DNA of 64,000 nt from an uncultured Bacilli bacterium (GTDB lineage: Bacteria > Bacillota_I > Bacilli_A > RF39 > UBA660): NCBI GenBank assembly GCA_947629935.1, contig CANRFQ010000001.1, positions 95,042 to 159,041 of the forward strand, written 5' to 3'. Below, one piece after another: positions 8,331-18,107 of the stretch. Each line of letters opens with the position of its first letter. The stretch's first letter is position 1. A program made the translations under genes and the position numbers. The notes below the pieces were generated by a model. The model saw only the letters and a list, made by a program, of their open reading frames with translations, made no database searches and was not told where the DNA came from.

Positions 8331-11147
8331 TTATTTTACAACGATATTAACTATTTTATTTGGTACGACAATTATCTTAACTATTTCTTTACCTTCTAGA
8401 TGTTTTTGAACTTTCTCATCATTTTTGGCTAGTTCTTCTAGAGTTTCCTTTGAACTATCTACAGGGACTTTAATAGTATTACGTAATTTGCCATTAACAG
8501 AAATAGCTATTCCTACTTCACTATCCACTAATTTTGTTTCATCATATTTTGGCCAAGTTTCTTCTGTTAAAGGTTTATACCCTAGTTCTTCATTTAATTC
8601 TTCAGTTATATGAGGAGCAATTGGATTAAGTAAAATTAACAATAAATGATAATCATCTTTTGTAAGCTCTTCTTTTTCTTCATAAGCATTAGCTAAAATC
8701 ATCAAAGTAGAAACGGCCGTATTATAAGCCATATGAGTTAAATCATATTCTACCTTTTTAATACTTTTATGAATTAAAGCCTCTAAATCTTTACTATATC
8801 CTGTTTTTGATCCTACTTTATCTTTAAGTCTTATCACTTTGTCAATAAATCTTTTGCAACCTTTTAAAGAATCTGTACTCCATGGGGCATCTTGTTCATA
8901 ATTACCCATAAACATTTCATATAAGCGTAAAGTATCTGCACCATATTCATTAATGATATCATCAGGATTAATGACATTTCCCTTTGATTTACTCATTTTT
9001 TCATTATTTGAACCTAAAACCATTCCATGAGAAACTCGGGTCCAAATCATTTCTTTATTGGGTACTAAACCAATGTTGTATAAAAATTGAACCCAAAAGC
9101 GCGCATAAAGTAAATGACGAGCTGTATGTTCCATACCGCCATTATACCAATCAACTTTTTGCCAATATTTCATGGCATCCATTGAGGCAAATTCCTCATT
9201 ATTATGAGCATCCATAAATCTTAAGAAATACCAGGAAGATCCGGCCCAGTTCGGCATAGTATCTGTTTCCCTTTTGGCTGGTGATCCACATTTTGGACAA
9301 GTTGTATTTACCCAGTCGGTTATTTTGGCAAGAGGACTCTCACCAGTATCAGTTGGTTCATATTCAGCAACATCAGGAAGTAGTAAAGGTAAATCTTTTT
9401 CATCCATTGGCACCCAACCACATTTTTCACAATAGATCATAGGAATTGGTTCTCCCCAGAATCTTTGACGAGAGAATATCCAATCACGCATTTTATAATT
9501 TACTTGTTTCTTACCACAATGGTTTTGTTCAAGCCAATTAATCATTTTATTAATAGCATCTTCTTTATTTAGGCCATTTAATTCTTCTGAGTTAATATGA
9601 ATTCCATCACCGGTCATAGCTCCCGGTTTTTTAGCATATTCATAAGTTTTCATATGTAATTCATCTTTAATTTCTTTAGAAATTACATCTTCGCTTACCC
9701 ATTCTACTTTAAAATCCTCATCTTCATCTAAATTTTGCCCTATTTTACTATTATCTTTTAATTTAAAGAAATAGCCAGTACTTTCAATATTAAAATATTT
9801 ATCTTTATTATAAACATAGTAGTGATGATTTATTTTCGGTAACTCTTTAATTAATTCTAAAGAAATATATCCCGTTTCTTCAGCAATTTCCCGTTTAGCA
9901 CACTCAAGTGGAGTTTCTTTATCTTTAATAGTTCCCCCTATAAATAAACGGCCACCTTTTTTACCCCAATTTAAAGTCAAATATTTTTTTTCTTTTTCAT
10001 CATAAACTATCGCAACAATAGAGTTTTTCTTTTCTTCCCCATCGTGTGGCGTACCTGTAACTTCTTCTAAAACTTGAATAATCGGAATATTAAACTTTTG
10101 GGCAAATTCATAGTCTCGATCATCATGAGCCGGCACTGCCATAATAGCTCCTGTTCCATAAGTTGCTAAAACATAGTCACTAATATAAATCGGAATTTCT
10201 TTTTTATTAACAGGATTAATTGCATAAGCTCCGGTAAATACACCCGTTTTTTCTTTATTTAATTCTGTTCTTTCCAAATCATTTTTTAAAGCACAAGCTT
10301 TTTTATATGCATCTACTTCCGCTTTTTTGTCTTGTGTCGTTATAATATCAACATATTTATGTTCTGGAGCTAAAACACAGTAAGTTGCTCCATAAAGAGT
10401 ATCACATCTAGTCGTAAAAACGGTAAAAGTTAAATCATGATGAGCAATTTTAAAATCTACATGTGCTCCTACAGATTTACCAATCCAATTTATTTGTCCT
10501 AACTTAACTTTATCGGCAAAATTAGTATCATCTAAACCTTTTAATAAATCTTCTGAGTAAGAAGCCATTTTAAGCATCCACTGTGATTTTTCTTTTTGGA
10601 CAACTCGACTACCACAACGTTCACAAACGCCTCCCGCTGAATCTTCATTTGATAAAACCGTTTTACAAGTCTCACACCAATTAACTGGTACCTTTTCTTT
10701 ATATGCCATTCCATGCTTATAAAATTGTAAAAATTGCCACTGTGTCCATTTATAATAATCCGGATCAGTTGTCGAAAATTCTCGATCCCAATCAAAAGAG
10801 AAACCAATTGATTTCATTTGTTTTTTAAAAGTTGCAATATTTTCTTTAACTGCTTCTTTTGGATGAATATGATTTTTTATTGCATACTGTTCAGCTGGAG
10901 CACCAAATGCATCCCATCCCATTGGATATAACACGTTATACCCTTGCATTCTTTTCATTCGAGCTAAAGCATCTTGGGCTGTATAACTACGAACATGCCC
11001 AACATGTAACCCAGCTCCCGAAGGATAAGGAAATTCAACTAAAATATAATATGGTGGCTTCTCACTACCATTTATTGCTTTAAAAACTCCCTTCTCTTCC
11101 CATCTATTTTGCCATTTTTTTTCGATTGCTTGATGATTTTTTACCAT
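8331..11147 (-). CDS. leuS: leucyl-tRNA synthetase carrying an inserted Nudix hydrolase domain
   Basis: HIGH motif (PYPSGAGLHVGH), KMSKS motif and the LeuRS N-terminus (EKKWQNRWEE). About 145 in-frame residues contain a canonical Nudix box GGTIKDKETPLECAKREIAEETGY. SD GAAAGGATGG lies upstream. Confidence 0.95.
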   Translation of the reverse strand: MVKNHQAIEKKWQNRWEEKGVFKAINGSEKPPYYILVEFPYPSGAGLHVGHVRSYTAQDALARMKRMQGYNVLYPMGWDAFGAPAEQYAIKNHIHPKEAVKENIATFKKQMKSIGFSFDWDREFSTTDPDYYKWTQWQFLQFYKHGMAYKEKVPVNWCETCKTVLSNEDSAGGVCERCGSRVVQKEKSQWMLKMASYSEDLLKGLDDTNFADKVKLGQINWIGKSVGAHVDFKIAHHDLTFTVFTTRCDTLYGATYCVLAPEHKYVDIITTQDKKAEVDAYKKACALKNDLERTELNKEKTGVFTGAYAINPVNKKEIPIYISDYVLATYGTGAIMAVPAHDDRDYEFAQKFNIPIIQVLEEVTGTPHDGEEKKNSIVAIVYDEKEKKYLTLNWGKKGGRLFIGGTIKDKETPLECAKREIAEETGYISLELIKELPKINHHYYVYNKDKYFNIESTGYFFKLKDNSKIGQNLDEDEDFKVEWVSEDVISKEIKDELHMKTYEYAKKPGAMTGDGIHINSEELNGLNKEDAINKMINWLEQNHCGKKQVNYKMRDWIFSRQRFWGEPIPMIYCEKCGWVPMDEKDLPLLLPDVAEYEPTDTGESPLAKITDWVNTTCPKCGSPAKRETDTMPNWAGSSWYFLRFMDAHNNEEFASMDAMKYWQKVDWYNGGMEHTARHLLYARFWVQFLYNIGLVPNKEMIWTRVSHGMVLGSNNEKMSKSKGNVINPDDIINEYGADTLRLYEMFMGNYEQDAPWSTDSLKGCKRFIDKVIRLKDKVGSKTGYSKDLEALIHKSIKKVEYDLTHMAYNTAVSTLMILANAYEEKEELTKDDYHLLLILLNPIAPHITEELNEELGYKPLTEETWPKYDETKLVDSEVGIAISVNGKLRNTIKVPVDSSKETLEELAKNDEKVQKHLEGKEIVKIIVVPNKIVNIVVK

Positions 11148-11496
11148 CTTTTTTCCATCCTTTCTTTACTGCATATATTCCTAATAATTCATAGCATAAA
11201 AACATTAAAACAAATAGTAATACAAAGCCAATTAACATTTGCCACATCAATTTTAAAGGTAAAACTGATATGATTGTACAAACAAAGGCAATAATAAAAG
11301 CATTGGCAATGTTAATTAATCGAAAAAGTTTTTGATAGTCAATTTTTTTCTTATCAATATTAAAACGACTTATTAAGTATTTTATTTCCGCCATTTGATA
11401 TTTTTTATTATTCTTAAGTTTTCTTTTATTAATCAAAAAAAATACTAACCATGCTCCCAAAAATAAAACTAGAAAAAATATTAAATTATATAACAT
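11104..11496 (-). CDS. small membrane protein between the T-box leader and leuS, overlapping the leuS start by 44 nt
   Basis: 130 aa with 3 predicted TM helices. A strong SD (AAGAGGA) sits 7 nt upstream of the ATG. It starts right after the T-box terminator. Confidence 0.4.
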   Translation of the reverse strand: MLYNLIFFLVLFLGAWLVFFLINKRKLKNNKKYQMAEIKYLISRFNIDKKKIDYQKLFRLINIANAFIIAFVCTIISVLPLKLMWQMLIGFVLLFVLMFLCYELLGIYAVKKGWKKDGKKSSSNRKKMAK

Positions 11497-11520
11497 ATAT
11501 CATCCTCTTTTCTAAAATAA

Positions 11521-11745
11521 AAACACATCCTCTAAAGGACGTGTTTAAACGTGGTACCACCTAAAGTTTCTAGTATTACTAGCTTATTTATCCATAAGGG
11601 AGATAACCCATCACATCCAAAAGCAAGTTCATATAATCTTTATTACTAGTTTTCATCAACCACTAGCTTTCTTTAAATATTAATTATATTACTACTCTTT
11701 TTTCTTCGCTTGATAATATTATATTAGATTAAAATAAATTAATCA
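11521..11745 (-). promoter_or_regulatory. T-box riboswitch leader (Leu specifier) controlling the small ORF and leuS
   Basis: Minus-strand TTAGGTGGTACCACG matches the T-box consensus AANNNGGGTGGNACCGCG. A terminator hairpin (AAACACGTCC...GGATGTGTTTTTATTTT) follows. A candidate specifier is GAA-CUU-G. Confidence 0.6.
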
Positions 11746-11773
11746 ATCATTTTTTTCAAGCTTTAAAAAGGCC

Positions 11774-14188
11774 TTATACCTCAGCGATATATTCTAATAG
11801 TTTAATAAACATACGGATAAAAATACTCTTTAAACCTTTACGTCTTAATTTCCTAATTTCAATTCTTTTCTTACTAATATCATTTTCACTATAAAAGATA
11901 TTGGCAATTTGTTCTTTTAAAGATGTTTCAATTTGTAGGTCGCTAATAATGGAATCAATATCTTCATTGATTAAACGTACTGCATCAATTTCAATATCTT
12001 TACCTTTACAATTGATTGTTAGTTGCTTGACAGTAGATACATTTTCTACTTCCACAATAAAATCCGCATCATCAACATAAGCTTTAAAATTTATTGCATC
12101 TTTATCAACAAAGGCTGTAACATCTTCCGCATGTTTCGTATTTCTAAAACGAATCTTATAATTTCTTTGATTAGGAATAATTCCACTTTTTCCTTCCGTA
12201 GGACGAATGATTAAAGTATAATTATTAGCTAAATAATTATATTCAATACGTGTGTTAATAAAATATCCATCTTCATGCAAGCGCGTAACCCCATCATCTT
12301 CATATAAATTATAAAAATTACTACGGCCGGGGAAGACATGAATTTCCATCGTTTTAGGAGCTTCAGTAACATTGATATTATCTTCTAATTTGGCAAGAGG
12401 AATAATCGACCCACTGCGCGCATAGACAGGATAATCTTCATCCTTAAAAAATAAGACATATCTTTTATTACCAGCAATTTTTTTGCCTGTCTTAAAATCA
12501 TACCACATCCCATTTGGTAAAAATATTCGTTCTACAGCCCTATTCATGACCACATCTTTTTTATTTGTTATCGGACATACAAATAATTCACTACCAAAAA
12601 AATATTCATTTTTATATAAAGGCTCATCATATATTTCTGGATATATATAGTAAAGAGGTTGAATTAAAGGTAAGCCGGTTTTAGAGTATTTATAAGCTTC
12701 GGCATATAAATAAGGAATTAAACGTTGACGCATTTTACAATAATCTTTAACAATACTTAAAGTTCGAACATCCCAACGCCAAGGCTCTCTTTTATAAAAG
12801 CGCCCATCTTTAGAAGCAAATCTAAAAATCGGACTATAAACACCTAATTGCACGTATCTCGCATATAACTCGGGATCTTCAATACCATCTTTATAGCCCC
12901 CGATATCATGACTCCACCATGAAATGCCGATATTACTAGCGGAACTATTATAAAAAGGTAAGTATTTTAAAGTTTTCCAACTAACAATCGTTTGACCAGA
13001 ATATAAAACAGGATAACGATGCGCAGCGACATTGCCATTACGGCTTAAAATTAATCCTCGTTTAGTTGTATTTTCAAGGCAACTATTAAATTGATAATAA
13101 TTCAAAGCTCTTAAAGTTAACATATCATCCGGATTATAATAATCTATCCAGTAAAAATCAGTACCAACTTGAGTTAATGGCGCAATTAATTTTTCCAAGT
13201 ACGTTGTAACAATATATTTATCAAAAACATTAAAAGGAATTGTATCTTTATTTACTAAACCTAAATCTGTAGCAATTTCGCTATATGCTTCTTCATGCGG
13301 CATAATACCCTCTTTTGGATCAATATTAAGTCCTAAATAAATAGCCCGTTCATGTAGATAAGTTGTTAAATTTTCCGGATTAGGAAAATTATCTGGATCA
13401 AAAGTAAATCCCGTTTTTAAAGTTTCAGGATTTTTAGGATCTTTAATATGCCAACTATCTCCTAAAAGCATAACACTTAAAGGAATTTCATTACGATTAA
13501 AAGCAGTGACTAAATCTTTAATATCTTCAAAAGAATATGCTTGATTTTTATTCCACCATATACCTAAAGCATACCTAGGAATTAAAGCCGGATAGCCCGT
13601 TAAGTGGAAATAGTCTCTTAAACATAATCCAAAGTCACGACGATATATAAATAAGTAAGTATCAATTCTAATTGCATCCCTTTTAATTAGACCTCCCTCA
13701 TCATCAACAACTAAAGTGTGTGAATCATCCAAAGTTGCAAAACCATCCGTTGAATAAAGACCTTTAGCTAATTTAACATTTCCTTCACTATCATCTAAAG
13801 AAACAGCACTACCATTAAAATTACGAGCTTCAGGATGTTTATAATACCAGAATTTATCAGTCCCATTTAAGACCACTTTTAAATTAGAATCGGGAGCCAC
13901 TTTAGAACCAATAAATGGTTTACCCTTAGAATATGATAAAGTGAAATATTTTGTAACTATTTGTAAAAATTTGTCATCTTCTTTAACTTCCATTTGCGGC
14001 ACATCAAAGTCACGATTAATTACAAGTTCTGTAAGACGATCTAAAAATTTACCATCTTCGGCATATTCAAGGCGAATCAAAAGATCACTTAAAATAGTAA
14101 TACGATATTTTTCTCCTTTAAAAATTGCTTCTGGCTTACTTAAAGCTTTACTTTGATCAACTTTAAAATATTCTGGTAACTTTGCCAT
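11774..14188 (-). CDS. glycoside hydrolase family 31-like (alpha-glucosidase/alpha-xylosidase)
   Basis: 804 aa. Shows the GH31-like core GIWWNKNQAYSF...DFYWIDYYNPDD (compare the WIDMNE signature). The size and layout are consistent with YicI-like enzymes. Confidence 0.55.
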   Translation of the reverse strand: MAKLPEYFKVDQSKALSKPEAIFKGEKYRITILSDLLIRLEYAEDGKFLDRLTELVINRDFDVPQMEVKEDDKFLQIVTKYFTLSYSKGKPFIGSKVAPDSNLKVVLNGTDKFWYYKHPEARNFNGSAVSLDDSEGNVKLAKGLYSTDGFATLDDSHTLVVDDEGGLIKRDAIRIDTYLFIYRRDFGLCLRDYFHLTGYPALIPRYALGIWWNKNQAYSFEDIKDLVTAFNRNEIPLSVMLLGDSWHIKDPKNPETLKTGFTFDPDNFPNPENLTTYLHERAIYLGLNIDPKEGIMPHEEAYSEIATDLGLVNKDTIPFNVFDKYIVTTYLEKLIAPLTQVGTDFYWIDYYNPDDMLTLRALNYYQFNSCLENTTKRGLILSRNGNVAAHRYPVLYSGQTIVSWKTLKYLPFYNSSASNIGISWWSHDIGGYKDGIEDPELYARYVQLGVYSPIFRFASKDGRFYKREPWRWDVRTLSIVKDYCKMRQRLIPYLYAEAYKYSKTGLPLIQPLYYIYPEIYDEPLYKNEYFFGSELFVCPITNKKDVVMNRAVERIFLPNGMWYDFKTGKKIAGNKRYVLFFKDEDYPVYARSGSIIPLAKLEDNINVTEAPKTMEIHVFPGRSNFYNLYEDDGVTRLHEDGYFINTRIEYNYLANNYTLIIRPTEGKSGIIPNQRNYKIRFRNTKHAEDVTAFVDKDAINFKAYVDDADFIVEVENVSTVKQLTINCKGKDIEIDAVRLINEDIDSIISDLQIETSLKEQIANIFYSENDISKKRIEIRKLRRKGLKSIFIRMFIKLLEYIAEV

Positions 14189-14346
14189 TTTTTCACTCCT
14201 CTATTATATCAGTGTATCATTTATCTTTAATTTTTTCTATAACCATCTTTTTCTTTGCTAATTATTGACAAAATATTTACTGTTAAATTTTAAATAGCTA
14301 TTTTCTTAAATATATAGTAAAATTAGGAATAGAAAGGAGTTAGCTT

Positions 14347-14715
14347 ATGTACGATGAAGTTTATAATCAAATAATAACCTCTCCAGTGTATTTAACGATT
14401 CTATGTCTTGTTAGTATTTATCAAATAGTCGTAATGTGGAAAGTATTTACAAAAGCAGGAGTTGCGGGATGGAAAAGTATTATTCCAGTTTATAATACCT
14501 ATATTCTGACAAAGATTACATATGGAAACGGTTGGCTATTTTTACTACTTATTGTCCCAATCGTTGGATTTGTCTTTTCCATAATGTTATACATTAAATT
14601 GGCTAAAGCATTTGGTAAGGGTACAGGCTTTGGGATTGGATTATGGTTATTATCACTAATCTTTTTATCAATTCTGGCTTTTGACTCAAGCGAATACCAA
14701 GGAGTTCAAAACTAA
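14347..14715 (+). CDS. small integral membrane protein
   Basis: 122 aa with 3 TM helices. Confidence 0.5.
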   Translation: MYDEVYNQIITSPVYLTILCLVSIYQIVVMWKVFTKAGVAGWKSIIPVYNTYILTKITYGNGWLFLLLIVPIVGFVFSIMLYIKLAKAFGKGTGFGIGLWLLSLIFLSILAFDSSEYQGVQN

Positions 14716-14733
14716 ATTTAACCTGAGGATTAA

Positions 14734-15852
14734 TCAATCCTCTTTTTTTTCTTGAAAATTAATAAAGCCACTTAAAAAGATAAACATTATACATATATAT
14801 AAAACAGTGCGCATTTTTAAACTAAATAAAAGCATTAAAGAAACGATAATAATTCGTCCTATATTATACAAAATTTCCATATATAAAAAATAACTACTAC
14901 CCTCTAAATCTTTTTGCAGGGCATACATTTTATTAGTTACACTTGTTTCGTATAACTTAATAATAATTCCTTCTATAAATAAAATAATGATAACAAGATA
15001 ATGATTTGTTATATACATATCGAAAAGTAGAATGCTTGCTAATAAAGTAGTCGATAGCCGCAAATAATTTTTGTTTGGATTATCCATTTTCCTAGAAATA
15101 AAATAAATAAAGATAATGCTTGCTAATCCCGTAACAAAATAAACTAACCCCAAAAAAGAATAAGTATTATCTACATAAATATAAACATATAAAGGATATA
15201 ACGTAAAATAAATTACTTTAAATTGTTCCAACAGGAAAAAGAGTTTATTCGATTTACTAATTTTTTGATTTACTTTTTTTAATTTAAGAGGTACTGACTT
15301 TTTATTTTGGGGAAGAAAAAAAATAAAAGATGTACCAATCAAATAAATAATCGTAATAATTATCGCTAATATAAACATTGGCAAATCATCTAAGAAAATG
15401 GCCGAAAATACACTAGCTGTCATACTTGCTAAAACCGTCGAAATTAAAATACTTCCTACTTTCCGAGCCATTTGTTTTTTAGCTAAAACCAATCCTGCAT
15501 AGTAATGCCGTCCTAAGTAGTAAAAAATATTAGTTAAGCTAGATAAAAAGGCCACGGCTAAAAAATAAAAAATATTTTTCTGTAAAAGACTTACTAAAAA
15601 ATACAATGCTACAAATAAAAAGGCACTGATTAAAATGACATATTTATATCCAAATCGGCGGCCGATTTTAGTGGCAGGAATACATACTAATATATTAATA
15701 ACAAAGGTTAAAATTAAATAAATTAAAATATCGGTAATACTATAATTTAGTTTATATAAAATAACGGGCATAAAAAGTTCGACCGAAAACTTGGCAAACA
15801 TCGTAAAAAATATAAATAAATTAAATTTAGCATTATCTTTTAATTTAAGCAT
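14734..15852 (-). CDS. polytopic membrane protein, MFS-transporter-like
   Basis: 372 aa with about 10-12 hydrophobic helices and a short loop motif IGRRFG. Confidence 0.45.
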   Translation of the reverse strand: MLKLKDNAKFNLFIFFTMFAKFSVELFMPVILYKLNYSITDILIYLILTFVINILVCIPATKIGRRFGYKYVILISAFLFVALYFLVSLLQKNIFYFLAVAFLSSLTNIFYYLGRHYYAGLVLAKKQMARKVGSILISTVLASMTASVFSAIFLDDLPMFILAIIITIIYLIGTSFIFFLPQNKKSVPLKLKKVNQKISKSNKLFFLLEQFKVIYFTLYPLYVYIYVDNTYSFLGLVYFVTGLASIIFIYFISRKMDNPNKNYLRLSTTLLASILLFDMYITNHYLVIIILFIEGIIIKLYETSVTNKMYALQKDLEGSSYFLYMEILYNIGRIIIVSLMLLFSLKMRTVLYICIMFIFLSGFINFQEKKED

Positions 15853-15918
15853 GATTAATCACCTTTTTTAGTTTGACCAAAATATTTAAAATAATTATAA
15901 TAATAACCAGGTGATATA

Positions 15919-16839
15919 ATGTTTACAAAAACTTGCGATAATAAACGTTATCATACTTTAAATTATTTTTATCAAAACAAATTTAACCAAAAAGTCAGTA
16001 AAATAAGTTTAAATGGCAATTTCTCTTGTCCTAATTATCAAAATAATCAAGGGTGTATTTTTTGTTCTTTATCCGGTAGTGGCGATTTTGCGGGCGATAA
16101 ACACAAATCGTTAGAAGAACAGTTTTATGATATTACGCAAAAAATGGCCAAAAAGTGGCCTAACTCTTTATACATTGCCTATTTTCAAGCTAATACCAAT
16201 ACCTATGCTCCTTTAGATATTCTAAAAGAAAAATATGAAAGAGTTTTAAAATTACCGAAAGTAGTTGGCCTTGCCATTGCCACAAGAAGTGATGCCATCA
16301 GTGATGAAGTATTAGATTATTTAGAAAGTTTAAATAAGAAAACATTTTTAACTGTCGAATTAGGCCTACAATCAATGCATGATAAAACTTTAAAATTAAT
16401 TAATCGGGGCCACGATCTTCAAAATTTTGAAGAAATGGTCCAGAAATTAAAAGCTCGTCATATTAATGTCGTAGTTCATATTATAAATGGCCTACCTTAT
16501 GAGACTAAAGAGGATATGATAGAAACTGTTAAATATCTAAATAAGTTAAATATTGATGGTCTAAAAATTCATATGCTCTATATTTTGAAGCATACTAAAT
16601 TGGCAGAGTTGTATAAAGAAAAACCATTTCCGGTTTTAACTAAAGAGGAATATATAGATATAGTTTGTGAACAACTAGCTTACTTAAACGAAAATATTGT
16701 AATTCATCGCCTTACAGGTGATCCAAAGCCGGAAGATTTAATTGCTCCTCAGTGGCTTTTAAAAAAATTCTGTGTGTTAAACGATATAGATAAAGAAATG
16801 AAAAAAAGAAACTATTATCAAGGCATAAAAGTCTCTTAA
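15919..16839 (+). CDS. radical SAM protein, TIGR01212/ELP3-like family
   Basis: N-terminal CPNYQNNQGCIFC cysteine cluster typical of the TIGR01212 family. Confidence 0.7.
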   Translation: MFTKTCDNKRYHTLNYFYQNKFNQKVSKISLNGNFSCPNYQNNQGCIFCSLSGSGDFAGDKHKSLEEQFYDITQKMAKKWPNSLYIAYFQANTNTYAPLDILKEKYERVLKLPKVVGLAIATRSDAISDEVLDYLESLNKKTFLTVELGLQSMHDKTLKLINRGHDLQNFEEMVQKLKARHINVVVHIINGLPYETKEDMIETVKYLNKLNIDGLKIHMLYILKHTKLAELYKEKPFPVLTKEEYIDIVCEQLAYLNENIVIHRLTGDPKPEDLIAPQWLLKKFCVLNDIDKEMKKRNYYQGIKVS

Positions 16840-17618
16840 GCTTTTTTACGAACAGTCGGAACAAAATATTTAGCTACTTTGCTTTTATCCCGATTTTGAA
16901 TGTAGAAAAAACCAATAACGGAAAATACCATGGCTCCTAGACAATTAACTAATAAATCTTTCATTGTGTCATTGATACCTAAATCTAAATAACCATCTTT
17001 GACTACATATGTTTTGGCTTTATTATCAACTTTTCCTTCAATCGTTGTTTTTTTGATATCCTTAATTATTAATGGTACATTTTCCCCGCTTGGATTTAAT
17101 TCTACACTCGATATAGTCTTAACGATTCGATCTTTTTGCATATCTTGTTCTAATATACGATCTGATCCCCATTCAAAAAATTCCCAGACAACGCCAACAG
17201 TCATCGAAAAACAAAAAGCGACTAAACACACGAATATGGGTGACAAGCTAATATTAACTTTTTCACTCTGGTTTAAAATATCGACTAAAGATAAGCCAAT
17301 GGCAGCCATTAAAAAGCCGTTTATAGTATGTAGCAAGGTATCCCAATGTTGAAAAGTACCGTAAAAATTTCGCACTTCTCCTAATATTTCTGCACTAAAA
17401 ATAAATAAAATTATGATTATTTCCAGCACACTAGGAAGTTCTATTTGGAACCTTTTATTAACAAAGGTCGGTATCATAAACAAAACTAAAGTTAAAACGC
17501 ACAAAAAGACATTATGATAGTTATGTTGAAATAATTGAAAAACTAGCGAAGCGACAACAAATATTCTAAGTAATAAATAAACAATCATCTTTTTAGTTCT
17601 TTTTTTCTTGGTTTTCAT
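16836..17618 (-). CDS. membrane protein of unknown function
   Basis: 260 aa. A basic N-terminus is followed by 4-5 TM helices. Confidence 0.5.
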   Translation of the reverse strand: MKTKKKRTKKMIVYLLLRIFVVASLVFQLFQHNYHNVFLCVLTLVLFMIPTFVNKRFQIELPSVLEIIIILFIFSAEILGEVRNFYGTFQHWDTLLHTINGFLMAAIGLSLVDILNQSEKVNISLSPIFVCLVAFCFSMTVGVVWEFFEWGSDRILEQDMQKDRIVKTISSVELNPSGENVPLIIKDIKKTTIEGKVDNKAKTYVVKDGYLDLGINDTMKDLLVNCLGAMVFSVIGFFYIQNRDKSKVAKYFVPTVRKKA

Positions 17619-17710
17619 AAAGTTTAACTCCTGACTCTAAAATTATACCAAATTATCTAAATATTCGCCAAAAAAAGTAAGGGAAATTAAATTTTTTTAG
17701 CATTAAATTA

Positions 17711-17740
17711 TTGACATTGCTTATAATATTAGTATATAAT
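17711..17740 (+). promoter_or_regulatory. sigma-A type promoter for tRNA-Asn
   Basis: TTGACA (17711-17716), an 18-nt spacer, then TATAAT (17735-17740), about 11 nt upstream of the mature tRNA 5' end. Confidence 0.5.
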
Positions 17741-17751
17741 GAATAAGCAAT

Positions 17752-17827
17752 GCCTGATTAGCTCAGTCGGTAGAGCGCACGGCTGTTAACCGTTAGGTCG
17801 TAGGTTCGAGTCCTACATCAGGCGCCA
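17752..17827 (+). tRNA. tRNA-Asn (GTT)
   Basis: Cloverleaf with 7-bp acceptor stem GCCTGAT/ATCAGGC, D-arm TAGCTCAGTCGGTAGAGC, anticodon loop CTGTTAA, T-arm GGTTCGAGTCC and an encoded CCA. Confidence 0.9.
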
Positions 17828-17833
17828 TTTAAG

Positions 17834-17868
17834 GATATAAAAACAAAGCTTGAAATAGCTTTGTTTTT
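17834..17868. terminator. rho-independent terminator after tRNA-Asn, also flanking the convergent small ORF
   Basis: AAACAAAGC-TTGAAATA-GCTTTGTTT followed by TTTTTA. Confidence 0.6.
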
Positions 17869-18026
17869 TATTGTTCTTTAACCGTAAATATATAATGTTC
17901 ATTAATTAGGTATTCCTCAATGTTTTGGTAAGAAATTCTGCTAACCTTCCAAATATCGTTATCCCATCCTTTAAAAAACTTTTCCACAAATAACTTGCGT
18001 TCTTCTTCATTTAATACTTCAAACAT
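17868..18026 (-). CDS. small hypothetical protein (52 aa)
   Basis: ATG preceded by AAAGGAG. Translation is MFEVLNEEERKLFVEKFFKGWDNDIWKVSRISYQNIEEYLINEHYIFTVKEQ. Confidence 0.3.
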   Translation of the reverse strand: MFEVLNEEERKLFVEKFFKGWDNDIWKVSRISYQNIEEYLINEHYIFTVKEQ

Positions 18027-18107
18027 AAATACTCCTTTTCTTAATTTAAGAATACTCTAATTTAGTAAACTTCGCAAACAAAACCGTTCGACAAAAATCG
18101 ACATTTT

